From the NCBI GenBank assembly GCA_050309605.1, contig JBNRMN010000021.1:1-64000 (forward strand): 64,000 bases of DNA, in the 5' to 3' direction. How positions within the stretch are numbered: the first letter of the stretch is position 1; each line of letters starts with the position of its first letter. Positions 1-9,353 of this stretch are shown here, piece by piece. The position numbers were made by a program, and so were the translations under genes. Source of the DNA: Anaerohalosphaeraceae bacterium. Its GTDB lineage: Bacteria; Planctomycetota; Phycisphaerae; Sedimentisphaerales; Anaerohalosphaeraceae. The notes beneath the pieces were generated by a model that was not told the origin of the DNA, searched no databases, and saw only the letters and a program-made list of their open reading frames with translations.

Positions 1-93
1 CATCGTCTGGAACGATCTGACGGAACACTTAAAGAAACTGTCCAGTGGAACGCAAATTGTCAAAGAGCTTGGGCGACTACTGATCGCCGCATA
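1..93 (+). CDS. 3' end of an ORF entering the window (IVWNDLTEHLKKLSSGTQIVKELGRLLIAA*), possibly an IS transposase C-terminus
   Basis: Open frame from position 2 to TAA at 91-93, followed by TCAGTCAACTTGAGTTA (111-127), which resembles an IS terminal repeat. Too little sequence to be sure. Confidence 0.3.
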
Positions 94-257
94 AATCTAT
101 GTTTAAAAAATCAGTCAACTTGAGTTAGTTAAAATTCAGAATTCACCTTATTCAATCATCACATTTCTTAAGGAAGCAACCGCAAGACAAGCTCCCTTAA
201 GACAACACCTCTTTTAATTCAATAATACTCGTATTATCATTACATGTTTTTCATTGC

Positions 258-1230
258 CTATGATTCTTTATTGGCTTCCGGTTCCGACACAGGTTGAGTT
301 AGAGGCTCAAGATGAAACCTTCTGTTATGTTTATCTCTTTCATGCTTCAGAAAAACTTCAATAACATCCTTAAGTGCTTGATCGGATTTATTCTCCCAAG
401 GCTTCCAAGTAGACTCATCACTATTTTGATTAAAAAAGTCTACAATATGACGAGCTTTTGCTTTTGGAAGAATCCATTCCCATAAATTTAACTTTGCGTG
501 ATCAATTGAGTGCAGGAGCGGCTCTCTTTGCTGTCGCAATGCTTCCTCTCTTAGCCTTTGTTTTTGTTGAGCATAGAAAACCGCTTCCGGGCATGGTCCA
601 AACATTGCCTCACCCCAACCTGACAAATTACTCCACAACCCCCACGGATCGATCCAATTCAGCGGGTTGTTGTTGACGTAGGCGTAGAGGTTCATGCCGT
701 CGATGTAGCCCAGCGGGTCGGTCTGGCAGAAGCGGCCGATCAGCGGCGCATAATCCCGGAAACGGTAGTAGTAAAGCTGCGCCGCGCTGTCCCACCGACG
801 CCCCGTAAACATGTACGGATTGCCGATGGCGCTGGTGCTGTAAGTCGTCGTGTCCGCAGTCAGCCAGTTGCCGTCGGCGCCCGGGTCGGTCATCACATAC
901 GGCTGGCCGAACACCAGATACGCATACCCTTCCACAATCGCCCCGCTCGCATCGCTCATCAACCGAATCGACCCCAGCGCATCGGCGTAATAATAATACC
1001 ACGTCTCGGCCTGCCCGCTGACATTCACCATCGCCACCGGATTATCCATCCCCGGCCCGTAGATATATTTCCTTGCCAAAGAGCCATTGACATACTCAGC
1101 GATAATATGCGCCCCATCCCACACATACACCGTCGTGCCGTAAACATCCGTCCGGCTGACACGCCGACCCAGCAAGTCATAAGTATAACTGATATTCCCC
1201 GCCGAGACAAGCCTATTTTCACAATCATAT
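258..1230 (-). pseudogene. Truncated/orphan Rhs (YD-repeat) core with a 125-aa variable C-terminal putative toxin domain
   Basis: YD repeats (YDCENRLVSAGNISYTYDLLGRR begins at about 1230), Rhs core motifs YMFTGRRWD, GRFCQTDPLG and NNPLNWIDPWGL, then an AT-rich tail. In-frame stop upstream at about 1290 and no convincing start. Confidence 0.75.
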
Positions 1231-1356
1231 ACTGATCGCGATTGAGTTTTCCCGTTTCTGCGCGGCTATGTACTGTTGCGGTATTCAGTTACGGACTTTC
1301 TCGCGGGAATTTTCTACCCTGAAGGGTATAACTCACCTGACGCGATCTTGTTCGCA

Positions 1357-3459
1357 CTACCGCTTCAAACGAATGTCCAGTTCAAGGGTCCCGCCCTTGG
1401 CCAAAGCAATGAATTTTCGATCTGTGTTTTTTCGTCGGTCAGCGTCATAAACCGCTTCAAACTCATACACGCCGGGACAGATGCCCTCAATAACAAACCG
1501 TCCTTGATGATCAGTCGGCTCGCTGCGATACAACTCCGGAAACGTCGTGATCGCCCCATGATGGCGATAACCATAGGAAATACGTTTAACCAGACGAACG
1601 ACAGCCCCCTTGACCGGCGTCCCGTCCCAATCCAGAACGCGCCCTGCAAAAAGGCCGCGATCCTGAGACAGTTCAATCACAATCTCCTGACCAGCCGTTT
1701 CCGTGTTCAAGACCAGTTCAACGCTCCCCTCAAGCGGCTTTGGCCAGGTAGAATCCGCAACCGCATACCGTATCAGATAGAATCCCTCGGGCAGATTCTC
1801 CACAGTAAACCGCCCATCCGGTTGGGTTTGAATAGACGCATAACGATGCCGGCTTTGAGAGGAACCGGGGTGCTTATAAGCGGTCAATCCTTCACGCACA
1901 TTGACCTGTCCGGCAACCCCCCTGCCGTCGGCTCCGACAAGCCGCCCGTGAACGGTAATCAATGGCAGCAGGTCAATTCGCCGTTCGTCCCGAAGGTGGT
2001 ACGCCCCCAGTGAAACGTCCCGCTTCTCAAAACCATCGGCTTCAATTATGGCCCGGCACCACACCCAGATTCCCTGCACCTCCTCAAGCACATCAGGCAC
2101 CGTGAATCGCCCCTGCGCGTCGGTTTCCAGTACCGCCCCGGCCCAGTTTTGGGTTGTCTTTCGATGACTCTTGTGGTCCTCTTGTGTAAGCGTCTTGTCA
2201 AAGGTGACCACCGCACCGGCGATGGGATTGCCCCGCGGATCGACCACCATCATTTCACGCGGCCCCATGTCCTCCGGCAGCAGCGCCTCATACAGCGGCT
2301 GTTTGGAATCGCCGCTGCCGGACGCACCGCCGTCTTGACGCTCCAGCACCAGATTCATAACGACCTCTTGATTGCCGGCCAAAACAAGATCAATCGCATC
2401 GCCGGAGCGATAACGATTGCCCTGCTCATAAGGATACTGTGCCTGAAGCCGATACTCCCCCGAGGGCAGATACCTCAGCTCATAATGTCCATCCCCATCC
2501 GTCAACACGGTTTTGAGTGCTTGCGTCATCGATGACCAGCCCGATGCATGATAGACTCTGGATTCCACACTGGCAACAGCGTTGACCCCGGCCATCGGCT
2601 GGTTATTTCGGTCCACCACCGTGCCGGAAATCATCGACCGACTCTGACGTAAATCAACAAAGACATCGCCCTGGGTCCGGCCATCACCCAACGACACCGT
2701 TGCCAGCGCTGAATAGTCGCCAAAGGGAATCTCGTTCGAATCGTTACAACGTCCACTGTAACCGGGAAACTCAATACGATGTACGCCGAGCGGCACACGG
2801 TCGAACACAAAACCGCCGTCCGAATCCGTAACAACATGACCCGCCCCGCTGACCGCGTGGCTTTCACTGGGACATGTATAGCTGCAATACGAATTCAGCA
2901 TCAGCGGTGCATTGGCCAGCGGCAGCCCGTTCGGATCAATCACGACCCCTTCGATACGCCCGATCCGAAATAGATCGATCCGACCCGTGTCCCCGCTGTA
3001 ATTTTGCCCGATCTGTGTGGTGCGCGGCAAAAAGCCGTCCGCTTCAAGTGTGACCCGTATCGTAGGCTTCTTGGCCTCTTGCTGCTCGGCCTGCCAGATA
3101 TTCGGGTCAATGGCAAAGACTCCCGTTTCATCCGTAACCACCTTCATCCCCTGCCAGCTCGGGGGCTGCTCAGTTGGATTGCCCTCTCGATCGCGCCCCA
3201 AATAAGCGTTAAACGTCACCGTTGCGCCGCCGATACCGTTGCCGTCCTGATCGACCACACACGCCAGTTGCGACCCCCATCGGATCGAATACGGCGACGA
3301 CTCCGGCTCCCTCGGCGGCAGCACCCGATGCACCATTCGAGAAATCGGCCCCGATTCAGACGCCGACGGCGACCCCGAAGAGCGCATCTTATACACGGCC
3401 ACAGCGACCACCGCTGCAAGAACCGCTAACAGCACGCCTGCTAAAAATTTCTTGACCAT
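1357..3459 (-). CDS. Membrane-anchored protein with repeated carboxypeptidase-regulatory-like (prealbumin-like) domains
   Basis: N-terminal hydrophobic helix after MVKK (GAAGGA upstream); repeated G-x-V-x-D-x-x-G-x-P...TD-x-x-G-x-F motifs. Confidence 0.8.
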   Translation of the reverse strand: MVKKFLAGVLLAVLAAVVAVAVYKMRSSGSPSASESGPISRMVHRVLPPREPESSPYSIRWGSQLACVVDQDGNGIGGATVTFNAYLGRDREGNPTEQPPSWQGMKVVTDETGVFAIDPNIWQAEQQEAKKPTIRVTLEADGFLPRTTQIGQNYSGDTGRIDLFRIGRIEGVVIDPNGLPLANAPLMLNSYCSYTCPSESHAVSGAGHVVTDSDGGFVFDRVPLGVHRIEFPGYSGRCNDSNEIPFGDYSALATVSLGDGRTQGDVFVDLRQSRSMISGTVVDRNNQPMAGVNAVASVESRVYHASGWSSMTQALKTVLTDGDGHYELRYLPSGEYRLQAQYPYEQGNRYRSGDAIDLVLAGNQEVVMNLVLERQDGGASGSGDSKQPLYEALLPEDMGPREMMVVDPRGNPIAGAVVTFDKTLTQEDHKSHRKTTQNWAGAVLETDAQGRFTVPDVLEEVQGIWVWCRAIIEADGFEKRDVSLGAYHLRDERRIDLLPLITVHGRLVGADGRGVAGQVNVREGLTAYKHPGSSQSRHRYASIQTQPDGRFTVENLPEGFYLIRYAVADSTWPKPLEGSVELVLNTETAGQEIVIELSQDRGLFAGRVLDWDGTPVKGAVVRLVKRISYGYRHHGAITTFPELYRSEPTDHQGRFVIEGICPGVYEFEAVYDADRRKNTDRKFIALAKGGTLELDIRLKR

Positions 3460-3556
3460 CCTGTATCCTTCCATCAAAAATGAAAAGCCGATTAACCTGC
3501 CGCCGTATCCATCTATCCGACGCAACAGTAAGTAAGACGTCGGCCGGCCGGGTCCG

Positions 3557-4864
3557 TTACACACATTTTTGTGATACGCGGCGATTCAGCTCACGGCATA
3601 AATCTTTGTAATAGCGTACCGTCTCCAGCCCCAAAAACAAGAGCGGGAACGCGGTTTTATTGTGAAAAAGCGGCTCATCCAGATTGACGATGTCACTGCA
3701 CAATTCGCCGTCCGGCGTGCCGGGGATGGGCGAAAAATCGCTGAGCATCACCCGAATCCCCAGTTCCGAGGCAAACCGCATTGAGGATTCAAGCTGCTGG
3801 GCGGCAAAACGGGGGTGGCCGAGCATTTCGTAGGCGGTGACGCAATTCATGTCGGCGCCAGCGCGGCGAAGGTGGGCCACGGCGGCAGCCAGATCGTCGG
3901 AAATGACCTTGCCGCCGGCGCGGGCGTGGAAGGCGTCCGAGCGGCTTTCAAAGCCCAGGTAAAACGTCTTAACTCCTGATTTTACCATAAGTTGTGCCGA
4001 GTCCGGCGTCAGGAAGCGAGCGTGCAGGGCATTGGGGGTGTGGAAGTTGACTTTGATATTTTTTTGCAAAACGCGCTGCAAAAAGGGGAAAAATACGTTT
4101 TCCGGGCGAAAAAGCAGCGCATCATCGTAAAAAGCGATGTTTTTAGCGCCGCAATGAGCCAAAAATTGCACTTCTTCGATGCATTCGTCGATGGGTCGGG
4201 TGGAAAACGTCTGGCCGGATTGGGGGACATAACAATAGGTACAGGAAAATGGACAACCTGAGGTGAGTTTTATCACACCGGTCGTCAAGGCGGGGTACAG
4301 TTCCCATGCAGGCGGCGTAAATCCTTGTGGCATAGGGATTTGCAATTTTTCGAACAGCGGGACAAGGGCGCTGCCTTGTATGACCAGGTCGGGGCCGAGG
4401 GCGGCGGCGTGGGTCGGGCAGCAGGTTGCGTAAAACCCGCCCAGCACTATGGTTGCGCGCGGATGGAAGCGGCGGACGTCGTCGATGACCTCTTTGACGC
4501 CGGGATACCAATAGGTCAGCGAGGTCTGGATGAGGACGACATCGAGGTGTTTTTTGGCGCGCAAAACATTGCAAAACATTGCTTTTTTTCGTCCAAAACG
4601 GTTAAAAAAACGTGGAATTTTGTTGAATATTTTGGGTTTTTGGACTCTTGTTTTCGTGTATGGGCCGCAGCCCCATCGGGTGGTTTTGTCGGCCAGGGCT
4701 TGGTCAAAATCAGGCTGATTGCGATCCATATAATCGAATAATTCCAGATCGGCGTGGCCGCGCAGCAAGCCGCCGACCCTCAGCAGGCCGTAGGGCTTGA
4801 GCCAAAAATCGTAGGCCGTAAAATCGTAAATCGGCGGATTGACCAGTAAAATCGTCGGCTTCAT
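3557..4864 (-). CDS. B12-binding domain radical SAM protein
   Basis: LLVNPPIYDF N-terminus, GCPFSCTYC (CxxxCxxC), FYDDALL, FHTPNALH. Confidence 0.85.
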   Translation of the reverse strand: MKPTILLVNPPIYDFTAYDFWLKPYGLLRVGGLLRGHADLELFDYMDRNQPDFDQALADKTTRWGCGPYTKTRVQKPKIFNKIPRFFNRFGRKKAMFCNVLRAKKHLDVVLIQTSLTYWYPGVKEVIDDVRRFHPRATIVLGGFYATCCPTHAAALGPDLVIQGSALVPLFEKLQIPMPQGFTPPAWELYPALTTGVIKLTSGCPFSCTYCYVPQSGQTFSTRPIDECIEEVQFLAHCGAKNIAFYDDALLFRPENVFFPFLQRVLQKNIKVNFHTPNALHARFLTPDSAQLMVKSGVKTFYLGFESRSDAFHARAGGKVISDDLAAAVAHLRRAGADMNCVTAYEMLGHPRFAAQQLESSMRFASELGIRVMLSDFSPIPGTPDGELCSDIVNLDEPLFHNKTAFPLLFLGLETVRYYKDLCRELNRRVSQKCV

Positions 4865-5055
4865 TTGCCCGATAGTGTAGCACATTTGGAGTGGTTAGCA
4901 AAGAGATGGACGATTCGGGAAGCATTGTGGATTGTTTTGTATCTTTGGTTTTTGTGGGTTGCATTTGGGGGTAAAAGTCTGTATAACGTATCCGGTTTAA
5001 GAGACAATCATCATCGACGATGCCAACGGACTGTCTTTTTTGAAGGATACCACTG

Positions 5056-8000
5056 ATGGGATTGCACCCTTATGAGGACTATTTGAAGGCCATCAACGGC
5101 GCGTATTTGAACGGCGACGCGACCGAGCATACACACCGGCCTGCACTGAAGGCGCTCATTGAAGCGGCAGGCGACAATATCCTTTGCACCAACGAACCGA
5201 AACGACTGATTCACTGCGGCGCGCCGGATATGAAGGTTTCCCGTCAGGTGGGTCATACCACACAGGCGTTCGGCTATATCGAGTGTAAAGATATCGGCGT
5301 TGATCTGAGACGCGAAGAAAAGAGCGACCAGCTCAAGCGGTACCTGCGGGCTATTGATACGCTGATCCTGACGGATTATATAACGTTTCGATTGTATCGG
5401 GGCGGGCAACTGGAAGCAACGGCGACGCTGGCCAAGGAGAGTAAAGGCGGCAGGTTTGTCGCTAGCGCGGACAGTCTCAAAGAAACGCAGACGCTGTTTG
5501 CACTCTTTTACGCTGCCGAGCCTGTGTATGTGAAAAACGCCAAAGAACTGGCCGAGCGGATGGCGGGCATCGCCAAACTGCTGCGCGGCGTCATCGCGAC
5601 CACCTTCGGCAAGGAAGACGCACACGGCGCCTTGCACGGCCAATACGAGGCATTCAAGCGGGTATTGCTGCACGACCTGACGCCCGACGAATTTTCGGAT
5701 ATGTACGCCCAGACAATTTGCTACGGACTGTTCGCGGCCAGATGCCATGTCAACGACCAGACGATCTGGGGAAAAGACGTCTACGCCGCCCACCACGGCG
5801 TGGATGGCAAACGCGGGGAGTTTACCCGCGAAAAGGCCGCCTACCTGCTGCCCAAAACCAATCCGTTTTTGCGCAACATCTTCGGCGACATCGCCGGCGT
5901 GGGAATGGATGAGCGCATCGCCTGGCTGGTCGATGACCTGGTCGCGCTGCTGCGAAACGCGGCGATGGACAAGGTACTGCGCGGTTTCGGCACGGTCACC
6001 GAGCGCACCGACCCGGTGGTGCATTTTTATGAAACGTTTCTGGCGGCCTACGACCCTGAATTGCGCGAAAGCCGCGGCGTGTACTACACCCCCGAACCGG
6101 TCGTCTCGTATATCGTTCGCAGCGTTGATGGGCTGCTCAAAGACACGTTTGGACTGAAAAAGGGGCTGGCGGACAAGAGTAAAATCAAAGTTCAAAAATT
6201 AAAAAGCAAAAATGCGGAAGCGCCTTCGGCGGGCTGTTCTGATACCCCCTCCCCCCTTCGGGGTACTCCCCCTTTGCAGGGGGAGAATTTCATGCATCGG
6301 TGTTTGATTCTGGATCCGGCGGTGGGGACGGGGACGTTTTTGTATGCGGTCATCGCGCAGATTCGCAAGACCATTCGCGACGCGGGCGCCTGGAACGCCT
6401 ATGTCAAGGCGCACCTGCTGCCGCGGCTGTTCGGGTTTGAGTTGATGATGGCGCCGTATGCGGTCTGTCATTTGAAGCTGGGGCTGGAGCTGGCCGAGAC
6501 GGGTTATGACTTTGCCAGCGACGAGCGGTTGGGCGTCTATCTGACCAACACGCTCGAAGAGGCCGATGATATGAGCGGCCTGCCGCTGTTTACCCAATGG
6601 CTGGCCGAGGAGGCCCGCGCCGCCAACCGCGTCAAACGCGACCTGCCCATCATGGTCGTCCTCGGCAATCCGCCCTATTCGGGGCATTCCTCCAACACCG
6701 GCGACTGGATTAAATCGCTGGTGCGGGATTATTACACGGTGGACGGCCGGCCGCTGGGCGAGAAAAACCCCAAATGGCTGCAGGACGATTATGTCAAGTT
6801 CATCCGCTACGGCCAGCACCGCATCGAGCAGACCGGCAGCGGCATTTTGGCCTTTATCAGCAATCACGGCTATCTGGACAATCCGACCTTTCGCGGGATG
6901 CGGCAAAGCCTGATGCAGACCTTCAGCACGATTTACCTCCTCGACCTGCACGGCAACACCAAAAAGAAAGAGACCTGCCCGGACGGGTCGCCGGATAAAA
7001 ACGTCTTTGACATCCAGCAGGGAGTCAGCATCGGTATCTTTGTCAAAGAACCAAACAAAAAAGGCGCCGCCGCCGTCTATCACGCCGACCTGTGGGGCGA
7101 CCGAAAAGACAAATACGACTGGCTCAACACACACAGCGCGCAAAAAACAAAGTGGACAACCGTAAAACCCGAAAAACCGTTTTATCTATTCAGCCCGCAG
7201 GATATTGAACTAACAAAAGAGTATCAAAGTTTCTGGAATATTTCTGATGTGATGATGAAAAATTCTGTCGGAATCGTAACATCAAGAGATGATTTTGTTT
7301 TTTCATTTGATAAAATAATGTTAGAGCAAAGAATAAAGGATTTGCTAAATGAAAATATATCAGTTGAGGAAATAAAGAGTAAATACAAATTGAGGGATAG
7401 TAAATCATGGAGCGTCAAACAGTCCCGTGAAGCCGCAAGAATAACCAACACTTTATCTTCAAGCATAACAAAGTGCCTGTATAGGCCGTTTGATAGCCGA
7501 TATTTGCTTTACCATGGAAATTTTATTGAGAGGTCTCGCTCTGAAATAATGTCGCAAATGCTTTCAGGAAGCAACATAGGAATTTCCATTGGTCGGGCTG
7601 GTCAAGTTATAGATCAAGGTGAGTGGAATATTGTCTATTGCTCTCGATTCATGACAGAATTTAATTTGTTTAGAAGGGGCGGCAATAATCTTTTTCCTCT
7701 CTATCTTTATCCGACGGAGGGGAAGCGGGATTTGTTTGAGGACGGGGGTCCCTGGCCTGCGGGTGTTGACGGGCGAGTTCCGAATCTGGACAAAGGGTTT
7801 GTGGAGGCGTTGGCCGAGCGGACGGGGTTGGCGTTTGTCAGCGAGGGACGCGGGGATTTCCTCAACAGTTCCCCTCCTTTTCAAGGAGGGGTGGCCGCAG
7901 GGCGGGGTGTTTGCGAAAATACCCCCTCCCCGCTTCGCGGTACTCCCCCTTTGCAGGGGGAGAGCTTGACGGGGACATTTGGGCCGGAGGATGTGCTGGC

Positions 8001-8466
8001 GTGGATTTACGGGGTGTTTCATTCGCCGTCATATCGGTCGCGGTATGCGGCGTTTTTGAAGATTGACTTTCCGCGTGTGCCGCTGCCGACGGATGCGCAG
8101 CAGTTTGCGCAGGTCTGCGGCATCGGGCATGCCTTGATGGGGCTGCATCTGATGGAGTCGCCGATACTGGACGCCGGCGACCGGCAGCCGCGGTTTCCCG
8201 TCGCCGGCGACAACGTCGTCGAAGCGGGCTATCCAAAGTACGAAGGCGGCAAAGTGTTCATCAATCCAACACAGTATTTTGAGCCGGTCGATCAGGCGGT
8301 GTGGGACTTTATGATCGGCGGCTATCAGGTCTGCAACAAGTGGCTCAAAGACCGCCGCGGGCGGGTGCTGGGCTATGACGATCTGGAGCATTATAAGAAG
8401 ATCTGCGTGGCGCTGGCCGAGACGATTCGGCTGATGGCAGACGACCGATTGGATATTGACTATTGA
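5056..8466 (+). CDS. Single-chain type IIG restriction-modification enzyme (N6-adenine MTase with type ISP-like C-terminal specificity region)
   Basis: N-terminal PD...ECK nuclease-like motif (GAPDMK...YIECKD), GVYYTP, motif I LDPAVGTGTF, motif IV GNPPY, C-terminal IGGYQVCNKWLKDR; no helicase motifs seen. Confidence 0.88.
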   Translation: MGLHPYEDYLKAINGAYLNGDATEHTHRPALKALIEAAGDNILCTNEPKRLIHCGAPDMKVSRQVGHTTQAFGYIECKDIGVDLRREEKSDQLKRYLRAIDTLILTDYITFRLYRGGQLEATATLAKESKGGRFVASADSLKETQTLFALFYAAEPVYVKNAKELAERMAGIAKLLRGVIATTFGKEDAHGALHGQYEAFKRVLLHDLTPDEFSDMYAQTICYGLFAARCHVNDQTIWGKDVYAAHHGVDGKRGEFTREKAAYLLPKTNPFLRNIFGDIAGVGMDERIAWLVDDLVALLRNAAMDKVLRGFGTVTERTDPVVHFYETFLAAYDPELRESRGVYYTPEPVVSYIVRSVDGLLKDTFGLKKGLADKSKIKVQKLKSKNAEAPSAGCSDTPSPLRGTPPLQGENFMHRCLILDPAVGTGTFLYAVIAQIRKTIRDAGAWNAYVKAHLLPRLFGFELMMAPYAVCHLKLGLELAETGYDFASDERLGVYLTNTLEEADDMSGLPLFTQWLAEEARAANRVKRDLPIMVVLGNPPYSGHSSNTGDWIKSLVRDYYTVDGRPLGEKNPKWLQDDYVKFIRYGQHRIEQTGSGILAFISNHGYLDNPTFRGMRQSLMQTFSTIYLLDLHGNTKKKETCPDGSPDKNVFDIQQGVSIGIFVKEPNKKGAAAVYHADLWGDRKDKYDWLNTHSAQKTKWTTVKPEKPFYLFSPQDIELTKEYQSFWNISDVMMKNSVGIVTSRDDFVFSFDKIMLEQRIKDLLNENISVEEIKSKYKLRDSKSWSVKQSREAARITNTLSSSITKCLYRPFDSRYLLYHGNFIERSRSEIMSQMLSGSNIGISIGRAGQVIDQGEWNIVYCSRFMTEFNLFRRGGNNLFPLYLYPTEGKRDLFEDGGPWPAGVDGRVPNLDKGFVEALAERTGLAFVSEGRGDFLNSSPPFQGGVAAGRGVCENTPSPLRGTPPLQGESLTGTFGPEDVLAWIYGVFHSPSYRSRYAAFLKIDFPRVPLPTDAQQFAQVCGIGHALMGLHLMESPILDAGDRQPRFPVAGDNVVEAGYPKYEGGKVFINPTQYFEPVDQAVWDFMIGGYQVCNKWLKDRRGRVLGYDDLEHYKKICVALAETIRLMADDRLDIDY
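6242..6286 (+). repeat. Double-hairpin palindromic repeat, copy 1, in frame within the RM gene
   Basis: ATACCCCCTCCCCCCTTCGGGGTACTCCCCCTTTGCAGGGGGAGA; 43/45 identical to 7919-7963. Confidence 0.9.
7858..7965 (+). repeat. 108-bp in-frame palindromic insertion (two facing hairpin ends), containing copy 2 of the repeat
   Basis: CCCCTCCTTTTCAAGGAGGGG hairpin followed by ACCCCCTCCCCGCTTCGCGGTACTCCCCCTTTGCAGGGGGAG; encodes 36 aa between GRGD and LTGTFGPED. Confidence 0.85.
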
Positions 8467-8639
8467 TTATTTGGGATCAGAGGCCAGAAGACAGAGGTCG
8501 GGGGCCAGCCAACAGATGAGAGAAGACAGTCGGGCACGGCCCACCCTGCGGGGCGTGTCTTATTCGCCGTCGTATCGGGTGCGGTACGGAGCTTTTGGGT
8601 GTGTTTTTGGTGAAATTTTGGGTTTTTTGTTAAAAAGTC

Positions 8640-8667
8640 TTGCAAATCGGGTGGAAATTTCTATAGT
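8640..8667 (+). promoter_or_regulatory. Putative sigma70 promoter of rpmB
   Basis: TTGCAA-16 nt-TATAGT. Confidence 0.5.
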
Positions 8668-8748
8668 TGTAGGGCTTTGACGATAGCATTGAAATCAACC
8701 GCAAATCCGGCCGTAGATCGGCTGACCAGTGAACACGGGAGTTGAAAG

Positions 8749-9009
8749 ATGGCACGAGAATGTTATTTTTTGGGCAAAAAGACCCGCGCCGGCAAAAGCT
8801 ATGCGACGCGCGGCAAGGCCAAATATCTGGGCGGCGTCGGTAAGAAGACCACCGGCATCACCAAACGTAAATTCAAAGCCAACGTCCAGAAGGTGCGGGC
8901 GGTGGTAGACGGCAAGGTGTGCCGGATCCGCGTTTCTGCCAAGGCGATGCGGATGGGTCTGGTGACCAAGCCGCCGAAACGAAATTATAAGCCGCAGGCC
9001 GCGGAGTAG
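8749..9009 (+). CDS. rpmB: 50S ribosomal protein L28
   Basis: MAREC...GKAKYLGGVGKKTTGITKRKFKANVQ, the long L28 form. Confidence 0.93.
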   Translation: MARECYFLGKKTRAGKSYATRGKAKYLGGVGKKTTGITKRKFKANVQKVRAVVDGKVCRIRVSAKAMRMGLVTKPPKRNYKPQAAE

Positions 9010-9061
9010 TGCAGAGAGGCAGGCCGGTTGTGTCGTGAATGTCTGAAGGGGCATTTTTTGT

Positions 9062-9133
9062 GCCGAGGTAGCTCAACGGTAGAGCACAGCTTTCGTAAAG
9101 CTGGGGTTGTGGGTTCGATTCCCATCCTCGGCT
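9062..9133 (+). tRNA. tRNA-Thr(CGT)
   Basis: GCCGAGG/CCTCGGC acceptor stem, anticodon arm CAGCT-TTCGTAA-AGCTG, GGTTCGATTCC T-arm; CCA not encoded. Confidence 0.95.
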
Positions 9134-9294
9134 CGTTTGTATTGGCGATGGGCAAAGGAGCAAGACAGCGGCGGGTGCGTGCAGGGATGGACAGGAGGCA
9201 GTCTGCGGGGGCGAATTTCAGAGATCCGATTTCAGATTTCTCAATCAGCGTGTTGGCGGTTTTTCGGCTTCGGGCATTGCAGTGCTCCGCGCAT

Positions 9295-9330
9295 AAAAAA
9301 CCGCCGGCTGCGATAACGGCAGTCGGCGGT
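9295..9330 (-). terminator. Intrinsic terminator after the PPIase gene
   Basis: Minus strand ACCGCCGACTGC...GCAGCCGGCGG followed by T6. Confidence 0.7.
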
Positions 9331-9353
9331 ATCGGAAACGAGATTGCGGCGAC

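Noticed and set aside
8527..8551. REP-like hairpin (GTCGGGCACGGCCCACCCTGC) after the RM gene
   Set aside because: Single copy in the window, so a repeat family cannot be supported
5056..9133. RM gene as part of an island integrated at tRNA-Thr
   Set aside because: rpmB lies between them; no integrase or duplicated tRNA 3' end seen
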